Assembly: GCA_001179505.1 (NCBI GenBank)
Contig: CDMY01000701.1
Location: 1 to 28,957 of the forward strand
From: Vitrella brassicaformis CCMP3155
Taxonomy: Eukaryota > Protista > Chromerida
DNA: 28,957 bases
Direction: 5' to 3'
How positions within the stretch are numbered: position 1 is the stretch's first letter; every line of letters starts with the position of its first letter. The position numbers and the translations under genes are program-made. The notes below the pieces were generated by a model that saw only the letters and a list, made by a program, of their open reading frames with translations, was not told the origin of the DNA and made no database searches. Positions 18,926 to 28,957 of the stretch are shown here, one piece after another.

Positions 18926-19792
18926 AAACGGGAGAGTGGCATCTCCTCTCTCGTCACTGAATGCACACAGAAACAGCAATCAACACCGTGTGCGACTTTT
19001 TGAAGAGATGTCTTCTTTGGTCAAGATATTCATGTTTTCGTGTACAAGGGCGAGGGGTGCGTGTGCATGTGTGTGTGTGAGTGAGTGTGAATGAATGTGA
19101 GCATGCGTACGTGTTACATGATGATTTTGAAGCCTCCGAGTCAGGCGAAGCCCCAGAAGCAGGAACAGGAAGGGTCTTTCTGACTGAACCTGCACGAGGC
19201 AGCAGTGCACACAGTGTGTGTGCTTGTGTATGTGTGTGCGTGCCTGCTTTCGCCAGAGAATGAGGACTCCCATGCCTCAGAAGGGGTGCTGCACTGCAGC
19301 CGGTTCTCATCTCCAACTGCCAGAACACAGAGGGACGGTCATTGATGGGTTGGGCCGTGCTGGAGGCGAAGCAGAGGAAGGAGTTTTTACCACTGTCTGT
19401 GGGTTTTCTTCTTCTCGTGGTGTGTATATGCATGTTGTGCCGTGTCGTGCCGTGTTGTGTTGTGTTGGGTATGCGTACGTGTGGGGGTTAGCGTGTGGGG
19501 GAAAGTCTGCTCCCTTGTACATAGCTGTAGATAGCTGGAAACAGCTGTTCACACGAATGCCGGTCGGCGGCAGGGTTTTTGCGGAGGATTCTCTATGAAG
19601 AAGAGGCTGGAGAAGACCAGCGGCGAACGAAGCTCTTCCTCTTGACGCGGGCGAAGGATTAGAGCCCAGAGGGCGAAGCGAGCCGATCGCACGACAAGGC
19701 AAGGTCTGGCCGAAAAGCTGGATGGCGAGCTCAAAAGCTAGCGATCTGCCCGAGAAGATGGCTCCCGCTGCAAAAAGCCATCTGCCGCTGCA

Positions 19793-20127
19793 GAAAGCTG
19801 TCTCGCCACTCAAAAAGACAGCTTTCCATTGCAGAAAGCCAGATGGCCCATCAAAAAGCCAGCTTTCCGTACAAAAAGACAGCTTTCTGCACAGAAAGAC
19901 AGCTTTCTGCACAGCAAGACAGCTTTCTGTACAGAAAGACAGCTTTCTGCCACAGAAAGACAGCTTTTCGCACAGCATGACAGCTTTCTGCACAGAAAGA
20001 CAGCTTTCCGGCGGACGTGATAGCTTTCTGCACAGAAAGACAGCTCGCTGAGGCAGAAAGACAGCTTTCCGGCGGGCGTGACAGCTTTCCGATGGGCGTG
20101 ACAGCTTTCCGGCGGGCGTGACAGCAC
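19793..20127. repeat. 20-bp minisatellite, about 15 units (GACAGCTTTCTGCACAGAAA grading into GACAGCTTTCCGGCGGGCGT)
   Basis: GACAGCTTTC cores occur at 19817, 19878, 19898, 19918, 19938, 19959, 19979, 19999, 20019, 20039, 20060, 20080, 20100 and 20120, with a variant at 19859 and one inverted core (gaaagctgtc) at 19793. Confidence 0.95.
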
Positions 20128-20476
20128 GCTGCCTCTCGAGGCACCAGCGGATTCAATGCACCCATGCACACGCACACAGACACGCATTGAGGCGTCAACT
20201 GGCCATGGAGGGTCTCTGTCAAGCGGTTCATTCACATGATCCATCCATGGCCAACCAACACACACATGCACACACCACGCACTCACTCACACACACACAC
20301 ACACAGTCACTCAGACAGCCATGCACTCAGACAATCACCCACTCGCTCACACACACGTGCAAGCCAATATCTACATTATTGCGATTATGCACAGTGGGCA
20401 ACAGGGATGGGACGATGCGCTGTGGCAGCGACAACCTGAGAGCTCTCTGAGCATGAACGCTCTCTTCTCAACTCAC

Positions 20477-21572
20477 CATATTCTGATTGGCCTCACGTGA
20501 TGGGACCTTAGGTTGCTCGATCTCTATTGTGATGTGCATGAATTCCTTTGCAATGAGTGCGATGGCGTGTAGCCCTTGCTTGGCCTTGGGTGGGCCTGGG
20601 CCGTCTGCCGGTGGCGACTTGCCCAGGATGGGGCGCCGTAGACCAAAAGTACGCAGCGACAGAAAGCGCAGCAACTGAATCACACATCGATCTGAAGCAT
20701 GGACAGACACCACACACCGCACACATGGATGGATGGATGGATTGACGTGTGTGTATGGTGGACAGTACGTGGCATCGTGTCGTTGGGGTATGTGGATGCG
20801 ATCAGGTCACTTGTGAAGACGAGGACGAACCCAACAAACATAGCAGCAACCGCTCTGACAACACACAGGTGCCGCATCTTTATCCATGTAGCCGTCACAG
20901 ATCCGATCTGACTTGTCGAGTGATTCGAAGAGCTCGCCGTGTGTATCTCCCATGAACGCAAAGTAGCGCAACTCGCCGCCGACTGTGGCTGAACATAACC
21001 AACAACACCCACCGCACTCATACACTGTGTATGGACGACGCATCTCTCCCTCACCTTTCCCCACTTGAAGGCCGAGGCCGTACAAATACCCAAGCTCCGT
21101 GATCTTCTCTGACTGAACGCGTGTGAAGGTGACGGCCTCACCCTCACGCACCTCCAACTCTCCCATATCGCGGACGGCTGGTTCAGGATCGCCGTCGGCA
21201 TTGACCGTGCGCAGCGCCGCCCCTTCCCACCCTCGGGTCTGGTTGTCACGCATGTGCTTGTTAAGAGCATCGATGCCCTTCTCCACCTCCATGTCGCCAA
21301 AGTCGCTGTCGCCCCACCCGCGCTTGCTCTTGTCCAAGCACCGACACATGAACGCCAGGACCTGCACAGCGACACAAGGGCCGACACGTCCTGTGATGCA
21401 CTCATGCCATGGTGTGTCTTGTGTCCGCCGGTGCTGACCCCTTTGGCGTCGTAGAGTTTGAGTTCTCCCACCGCCTCCGCCACACATGGGGAGATGACGT
21501 CTGTACTCAGCAGCCTCGTCATGAGCAGAAAGTGACGCAACAGTGCATCTGCCAGACACACACACACACACA

Positions 21573-21605
<33 letters not shown>

Positions 21606-23770
21606 GCAACATCCATAACCACACAGACAAGACACACCCTGCTCTATGTCCGTCCGTCTGTCTGTCTGTCTGTGTGTGTATAGTTCGGCAGTCTGTCCAT
21701 GTCGTCCTGCATACTTGTGCATTTGAAGTGACTGCGTGCGCTGCGATACAGTGATGGGATGCGCTCTACTGTGCCCTCCGCGTCGCCACGTATGGCCTCA
21801 ATGACAAATGCTGAAAGAGCAGGGAGAGGAATACAGGTAGATCAGACACACACGTATCCCCCTGCCCATCGACTCTCTCACCCTTCTCGGGGTCTCTCAG
21901 CGTGTCCTCGATCGCTTTCGCCTTCTCCTCAAGGCGCGTGAGGCAGTCGTCGCCACCGAGCAGGTTGGCGTCATTCGGTGGTGGGGGAGCGGCGAGGGGG
22001 GGCGGTGCAGCAGCAAATGTGGATGCGGACGCGAATGCGGATGCGGATGCAGACGCTGATGCTGATGCGCTCGCCGACGCTCCATGCACACACCCGCCTC
22101 CCTGCTGCTGCTGCTGCTGCGCTTCCACTGTGTCTGCGTGTGCACGCAGAGCGGCGGGGTTCTGAAGAATGCTCACCACACCTCCGCCGCCCAACAAACT
22201 CATGATACCACCTTCCACCCTGCATGCAGGAGCCAGACACACGATAAGGGAACCAGACACGTGATGGCTGTTTCTTTGTCGGCGCTGTGACCTGGGATTA
22301 GTGGTGAGTGCGGTTGTGGCTTTCTTGGAGGGGAGACGGTGGAGGTGCGACGCCTCGCTCAGCCCATGCCTCTTGAGGTACTGCTGATACTCCTCGAAGT
22401 CATCATCGCGGCAGAACTTGTAAACTTGCACCAAACAGAGGCTCGATTCCAACTGGCTCTTGATAAATGTGTTTTGGTGTGATTTCATGGGTACCTCGAC
22501 GTAAAATTGGTGCCACAGGTTGATGTTCGTCTGAATAAGTCCGGCCAGCCATGTGGTGAGCGCTGTGAGACACCTCTTGGGCGAGGCGGTGTGGCCCTTG
22601 GCGATGGCCTCCTTGTACGGCGACCGCTCAGACACCGGCGACCAGTGCACGTCAGTCATAACCTGGAGCACCACACATCACCAGACGCCACACACATTGT
22701 CATGTGCTATGCTGTGCTGTCTTGTGTTGTGTTGTGTTGTGTTGTGTACACGTGTGTTGTGTTGAGTGTTGTGCATCTGCCTTTTCAGTACCTCAACATA
22801 CGCCTTGATCCAGTCGCTGTTGGTGAAAAGCGACCTCAGCACGCGGCCGCGGCACACGGCCATCCACGACACGAACCTCGACGCCGATCCCGCCCCCTCC
22901 TCTCCCTCCTCCCCCTTGGGCCCGCCTCGCAGGAAGAGCACATACACGCGGCGCATCCCCACCACCAAGTCCTGCTCCCACTGCTGGACGTCGGCCGCGA
23001 AAAGCTGCCGCAGATGCTTGAGGGAAATGGGCGCCCGCTTCGCCTTGACCACCCTTCCTTTGCCGCCCTTACCCTTGCCCTTGCCCTTGCCCCCTTTGCC
23101 GTCCTTTCCCTTGCCGGTGCCCTGGCCGCCTTTGCCGCCCTTATCCTTACCCTTGCCCTTGCCCTTGCCCTTGCCGGCGGCACCCTCGTCCTCGCCGCCG
23201 GTGGCGCCGGAGGCGCCCTTGCCGATGCAGCTCTTTGCCTTGGCCTTGGCCTTGCCGATGCCGCTCTTGACCTTGGCCTTGCCGGTGCCGCTCTTTGCCG
23301 CAGCCTTGCCGGCGGCGGGCTCTGCCTGGCTCTGGGCCTGCCCCTTCCCCTCGCCCACCCGTGCGGCCTTTCTGCCGGCGAACGCTGCATCCATCTCGCT
23401 TTCCGTCATCTCCTGCTCGTCCTTCTTCCGCTTGGATGGTGTGGGACGGAGACCGGGGGGGCGGGAACGGCTGCTCTGCGACGCGGCCACGATTTCTGCT
23501 GCTGCGGCGGGTGGCGGCATATCGTCATCCTCCTTCTTGTGATGTGTCACTCCCTCCTGCTGCTCCTCCTCCTCCTCCTCCTCATCTGTCACACATTCAG
23601 ACGCCGGTGGTGCGTGCATCACTTCATTGTCTAAGGGCACTTACCGTCATCATCGTCTTCATCATCCTCCTCGTCCTCGTCGTCGCCCTCCTCTTCCTCC
23701 TCCTCTCCCTCGCCCGCACCAAACAGATCATCGTCTTCCGGAACAGGGCTGCGACACTGTCTTCAGCACA
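20477..23770 (-). CDS. Multi-exon uncharacterised gene (roughly 800+ aa): acidic tract, Gly-Lys repeats, globular C-terminal region
   Basis: Introns 23586-23644, 22663-22791, (22220-22291), 21811-21881, 21549-21714, 21362-21438, 20989-21054, 20855-20912 and 20692-20768 are all GT-AG with consistent phases, and the joined frame has no stop. Neither the first nor the last exon was located. Confidence 0.75.
21556..21604. repeat. (CA)n/(GACA)n microsatellite inside an intron
   Basis: acacacacacacacacacacagacggacagacagacagacagacag; similar tracts occur near 7024-7045, 19070-19090, 20280-20305 and 22720-22760. Confidence 0.9.
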
Positions 23771-24849
23771 ATTTTTGACGAACAGTGTCTACTTGGCCAT
23801 CCATCCATTGGTAGCCGTAGGACTGTAGTGATCAGCCGGCCCCACACCCCCAGAGGGGTGTGGCGGCCGGTTGCATATCTCCTGTACCTCATCCACGTCT
23901 CCACCACTTTCTTAGTTCGTCCCACGTGAGTCAGCGTTGTGTATTCGTCCCGCTGTGTTCGTTCCGTTCTGTGTCTCTATGCCCCTACTGATGTCCCTGT
24001 TCCATGACTTTCGATGTCTGGCTGTAGGCCTCTGCTCTGTGCTGTGCTGCCTTGTCTTTTTGCGACCTCTTTACGCGCGTGACATGGCATCGCCCCAAGG
24101 GAGAACACCCAGCTGGTGTGCAACCTGACTGTCTCTGTGCTGCACGCTTGCTGTGCGTGCACACATTGACTTGTCTAAGCCTACGCCGCGCCAGCTTGAC
24201 GCCATCCCATTTTTTAAACCCGACTCGAATTCTCTCCTTGCTTCGACACTGATACTGAAAGACGCATTATACCTGCTTGCATGTGTCTCAAACCGTGCCT
24301 CACTTGCACGGCTTTGTCTGGACTACTTCTCACCGGCTAATTTCCTTCCCCTTTTCATTGAGAGCTACAGCTTGAAGTGCTGACACTTCTTGCCTCCACC
24401 CGGCACATCAACCCAGTAATGTGGGCAGTGTCTCAGCGATACAAGAGACATAAAACGAAGCGAGTGTGTCAGCGCACACCAATGATGACACAGCAAGCAT
24501 TCCATGCTGCCACAGGCAGCCACGAATCGAGGGGAGGGTCATCGATTACATCAACCACAGCATGACACGCAAAGCAGCAGCGCAACGGACGGGCTGGCGA
24601 CACAGATGGCTGCCATGCAGCAGTGTATTCAAACCAACAGTGACCCTCCGCCCATTCGATGACAAGTCGGATGTGAGCATTCTGACTCCATCACAGAGGT
24701 CAGCGCCGCACGCCTGAACTACCCGCACTTGACTGAAGAGCACTTCATCCGACCTGTATGTGATGCAGTACGGGGGCGCGCAAAAGACAAGTCGAATGAA
24801 TGGATCTGCTCCAAAAGGATGACCCGACCCGAGCACTCGTCAAGAACCA

Positions 24850-25416
24850 AAAGATGAAAGCCTGGAAACCAAATCCAAAGCCCGACTTCCAGCAATCATT
24901 CGAGGAGGTCTCTGACCTCTATAGAGGAGCCAGCCGACATGAGTGAGCAGGAGGCCGTCCGTCTGTTCGTCGAAGCTCTCCCACTTGAGACGAAGCGCCA
25001 CATACTCACTAGATGTGTCGACCCCTGCACATTCCAGCCCGTCAGGCAGCTGGGGGAAGACGCCCAAGTGGCCGTGGAACGGTTGAGCAAAAAGCGTCCA
25101 CACAGGCGGGATGCGAACGAAGAAGAGCGACGCCGAAAGAACAAGACCTTCGAGAGCCCCTCGATGCGAGATGAATACACTTGAGCAACGACCTGACAGC
25201 AACGACAAGAGCAAGGCCAACCAATTGGATGCCTCAAAGCGAAGTGATGAGCCACAGCTGTCCATCGATGCCATCAGGGGAGACGTAACTGCTCTGAAGG
25301 AACAGATAGGCGCCATGAACAAGCAAGAAGAAGACAAGGTCTGCAGCACTAGCTCACAGGGACAGCAGGCAATGGAAAGGATGACCCGCATTCTTAAGCA
25401 GGAACCATTTCTGTGA
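24850..25416 (+). pseudogene. gag: Decayed gag relic of a related Gypsy family
   Basis: It aligns by eye to the 12302-13622 Gag: VRLFVEALP…DPCTFQPVRQLGEDAQV vs VELFIDGLLP…NPRTFRAVKDLGLNAEV; AERTRPSRAPRCEMNTLE vs AERTRPSKSARFDVNAIE; SIDAIRGDVTALKEQI vs SINAVKADLGAFKERL. It is split across frames and has no zinc knuckle or pol. Confidence 0.8.
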
Positions 25417-26636
25417 CATAGCTGGACACAGATGATGGAGTTCTGTGACATACCTGGACACAGATGGAGGGACTGCAGGAGACGACCAGACGGCGGGCTG
25501 CCTTACCCAAGTAGCCAGTGCGGAATTCGTCCTTCGTAGCGCGGGAGGGCTCGAATCGATCAGTTGACGCCCTGTGAAGCTCAGCCATGAATCCTGACTG
25601 AGGATTCCCTGTTACTCTATGGGGGAGCTTTTTCATCTATGGACATCTATTGCAATACCAGGATCTGAGCTACCTATCACACGACACTGGCCGATCTAAG
25701 TTAACAACAACTCACCACTGGATACATCGCATGTGCGAACCCACCATGACCGAAAACATCGAAACAATTCTTTCCAAAGGCACTCGGTGTGGTGGCCGGT
25801 CGATGTGGAAGACGCACGAACAGCCAAGTCCTTTTCGGTCAAGGATCTGTCACGAGCCTCTCTTCCCCTACCGCCATTCCCGTACTTTTCCCATCACAGC
25901 CGCTCTTGTGCTGTCAATGGAAGCACTTCATCCTCATCCTCAGCCTCATGCTCGTCCAGTGGTGTCACAATCGTTACACACCTGGCTGACTTCCCGTGGT
26001 TCGGAGTGTCTCTGTGTCCATGGTTGCCGTGGCAGCATGAAAGGCCCATGGCTGTGATGGCCTGGTGTGAGAGATAGTTCGACGACAGCAGGCAGACCGA
26101 TCCCATCAGCCCCACCACCATGAGGATGATGTCCAGTTGCTCCAAATACACCAGCCACCCCCACAGCACCGACGCAACCGACGCCCGGTGCACTAGTGGT
26201 CGAATCATCGGCCATTTGTCCGTCGGCTGTCAGGAGAGTCACGTTTCCCATTCTGGGTTCTGCTGCCTATCGGCGGGCTGTCGGTGCTGATGAACTACAC
26301 GCGACACCGCATTCTGCGGTTGTTCGCTCTTGGGGCATTCGGCGTGGCGCTGCTGTATATCAGCCACATCCCTGTTCACACAGAGGCCCACGCACACGGC
26401 CACGGACACACCCACCCCCATCGCCGAAGCCTAACTCGAAACTCATGGTCGTCAAGCTCAAGCAACTGACGCAACGATCAACGGCTGACACAAGCAACGC
26501 AAGGGAACGAGTCAAATGGGAGAAAAAACAGAAGCAATCAATCGCAGAGCAGTTTGCGAGCTTTTCTCGAGAAGCAATCGTCTTTGCTTCGGTTTCTAAC
26601 CATTGAGCGGGGCTTCTGGTGATGCGGTGAGTGACA

Positions 26637-27812
26637 ATGGACTGCTCCCTTTCCGATGACGGCGATAACTGGTCAGATGCGTCATCGGATGATGACGAAA
26701 TGCACCCTGCCCTGCGGAAGGGCAGCTCCTTCCGCATCCTGCTTTTCGGCCTTATTCTGGGAATGAGATTCTGTTTGCCGGTTCCCAACTCGTACAACAC
26801 GATTGCCTTCATCTTCGCCGCAGTCAACCGGCTGGCCACCACGCTGTATCGCGGGCAGCGTCCATTTCTCCCCCCTCAATTCGAGTCGGCTGACTATCTG
26901 AAGAGGTTTGTCGACGGAGGAGACTACAAGAGTGACGACTTCATCATCCGTCCGCGATTTACGGAGCCGCTGAGGCTTCACACGCTTGATGTTGTTCGTC
27001 TGCTGCGACAGGTGGTGCGTAATCGATCTGTCATGGAGCAGTGGGTGCACGCACAGCCGCCGAACGACGCTGCTGCACCACCAGATGCCGACCGCACCTT
27101 CGGCGGTCTGTTCGACGGCTTCGCTTACCATCGCCACCCCATCCATCGACGGGCGGCTGCAGTGGACGTGGGAGGACAGTCGCCACCGCCTCTTGTTGTG
27201 CTCTTCGGCTTTTCCAACGACGGGTTCACTCCCGGTCGGTGGAGGGCGGCCGCCACCTCCCTCGAAAATTGGCTTCTGCTGGTCGCCAACATGCCCATCC
27301 CGCTCCGTTACGCCCTGATGATGATCTATGCGACAGAGCCGACAGATGGGCTGTGGGAGGACGAGGAGGGCAAGGCCGGTGGGATGGTGGCGCTCTCGGA
27401 GCGACTCGTCGAGGTGCTGCGAGTGCTGTGGGAGGGGGTGGTGATGGAGGTCTACAATGTCGAGACGGAGCGGCTGGAGCTGAGGACGGTGGTGGGTGCC
27501 CTGCTCTACTACGCCGCCGACATGCCAGCAATGGGCCAGCTCCTGCGCGTCAACGCATTCGCGTCTGCGGAGGCGTGCTGCTACGGGTGTGACTTCAAGA
27601 AGAATGACCTCCAATACGCAGCCGCGTTCCGCATCGTTGAGGAAGACGACCTCATCGGTGGTGCAGCGTTTGACCGACGTATCGACCGGCATGCGTGCGC
27701 CCGACAGACAGGGCCTTCAGCAAGACGACCGGCGTCAATGGCGTGACGCCATTCCGGCGTCTGCCGGGGTCTGCGCCGGTGCGAGAGAGGATCGAGGAGT
27801 AAGCATGAGGTG
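26637..27812 (+). mobile_element. EnSpm/CACTA-superfamily DDE transposase (Tnp2/Transposase_21/Plavaka-like), partial and frameshifted
   Basis: Motifs FSNDGFTP (first D, 27219), LRVLWEGV, LLYYAADMPAM (second D, 27519) and CYGC. After a frameshift near 27710 it reads TGVNGVTPFRRLPG. The distal DxxH and E regions are not seen in frame, and no TIRs were identified. Confidence 0.8.
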
Positions 27813-28636
27813 ACTCCATGCTTTCTGGCATGTACTCCGCGTGCAAGGGACCCACTTTGTCTGTCTTCCCCTCCCCCCGGCACAACGAGTCTTCAGACGC
27901 TTTCGAACTGCAATTTGCGCGAGTGTGCAACTGCCATATTGTCTCCTACCTATGAACATTGACCCATTGAAGCTTGTCTTTTGAAGCCCCCTCCCCCGTT
28001 CAAGGGGGAGAGGGCGACATTGCATGGTCCACAAGGCATCTGACTTCACACGATGTGCCTTCACTGCAATCACCCATCAAAAACAGCGATTGTCGGCTTC
28101 TGGACCAGTGCTATCGCTAATGACTGAGTCCGCTTCATCCGCTCTCCCCGGATCCTTGCAAAATACCGTCAAATCGTTGTGTCTCTTGTATGCTCCCTTT
28201 CACGATTTACCCTAAACCTCAGCCCGTGGCCAATCGCGATCACTGGAAATGCACCCACTCGGAAAAAGCAATGTAATTGCGTTTCACGGAGTGTGCGTAT
28301 GTTGGGCTGGAGGGCTTACAACCTTTTCCCAATGCGAGCTTGCGAATTTAGAAATGTGTCAGTTCTTCCAAACCACAGCACGGTTCGGGACAAACGTTGG
28401 CGTGGGAGTCGAGCGTAGGTAGGCGACCAGCACAGTATGGTCTGCGACCGGCAAGGCCGCTCCGTTGCGGAGAGCCGTGCGTGAAGTGTCCTTCTACGCA
28501 GATCTGAGGGAGTCAGATGGGCATCGGCAGATCAGGTGCTCTGCAGCGGTCAGGACGGTGTGATCTCTGACCGACGAGGCGGCCTCGTCGAGAGCGAAGT
28601 GTTCGGCCAAGAAACCCTGAACCCAAGAAACCCTCC

Positions 28637-28892
28637 GGCCGTCACGCAGCCTTCTGGGACGCAGATCTGCTCGTCTGAGTGCTTCTGTGTCTGCCTGGCA
28701 GGTGTCTCGATGTTCCATTGAGCCGCATTGCTGCCCTCTCTATCGCCAGGTGAGCCGATGGCCGTCACGCCGCAAACTGGCATGCAGATCTGCTCGTCTG
28801 AGTGCTCTGTGTCTGCCTGGCAGGTGTGTTGATGTTTCGTTCACCCGCATTGCCGCCCTCTCTATCGGCAGGTGAGCCGATGGCCGTCACGC
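28637..28892 (+). repeat. ~123-bp tandem repeat, two units plus the start of a third
   Basis: ggccgtcacgc occurs at 28637, 28760 and 28882. The units share gcagatctgctcgtctgagtgc…ccctctctatcg.caggtgagccgat. Confidence 0.95.
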
Positions 28893-28957
28893 GCATTCTG
28901 ACACGTGGCAGTGTGTGTATGTGGGTATGTCAGTAGCTCAACAGGAGGCGTACAGCC

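Noticed and set aside
19793-20127. CRISPR array
   Set aside because: The period is 20 bp with non-unique ~10-nt spacers, there are no cas genes, and the context is eukaryotic.
22507-23634. Long plus-strand ORFs (375 aa, 258 aa) and similar antisense ORFs over pol and the transposase
   Set aside because: They are shadow ORFs of GC3-biased coding sequence on the opposite strand.
25730-26610. Short hydrophobic ORFs on both strands (possible membrane-protein fragments)
   Set aside because: There is no consistent exon chain or recognisable motif, so the coding strand cannot be decided.

Overview
Eukaryotic, GC-rich, intron-dense DNA. Introns are short (about 55-170 nt) GT-AG introns with CA/GACA-rich 5' halves and GT-rich 3' halves, a style suggesting the chromerid Vitrella brassicaformis or a similar alveolate (inference only). 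Four placeholder gaps are exactly 300 N each. The window is a nested transposon and pseudogene patch. (1) A near-complete Ty3/Gypsy chromovirus-type retrotransposon at 12262-18925 carries a tRNA-Gly-type PBS, gag with a CCHC knuckle, a -1 frameshift signal (G GGA AAC, 6-nt spacer, predicted H-type pseudoknot), protease, a dUTPase-like insert, RT, RNase H, integrase, a chromodomain and an extra ~110-aa C-terminal domain. It is broken by four small deletions and has no detectable LTR pair. (2) A ~2.8-kb foldback-type element at 9083-11900 has long inverted arms containing 161-bp tandem arrays, and a spacer that may carry a transposase remnant. (3) An EnSpm/CACTA-type (Tnp2/Plavaka-like) transposase lies at 26637-27812. 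(4) A decayed paralogous gag lies at ~24850-25416. (5) An apparently intact multi-exon orphan gene lies on the minus strand at 20477-23770. (6) The first 7 kb holds duplicated, chimeric pseudogene fragments, one possibly Helitron-derived. Several palindromic minisatellites and hairpins are also present. No rRNA, tRNA gene or CRISPR array was seen. Exon models were read by eye and family calls rest on motif recognition, not database searches.
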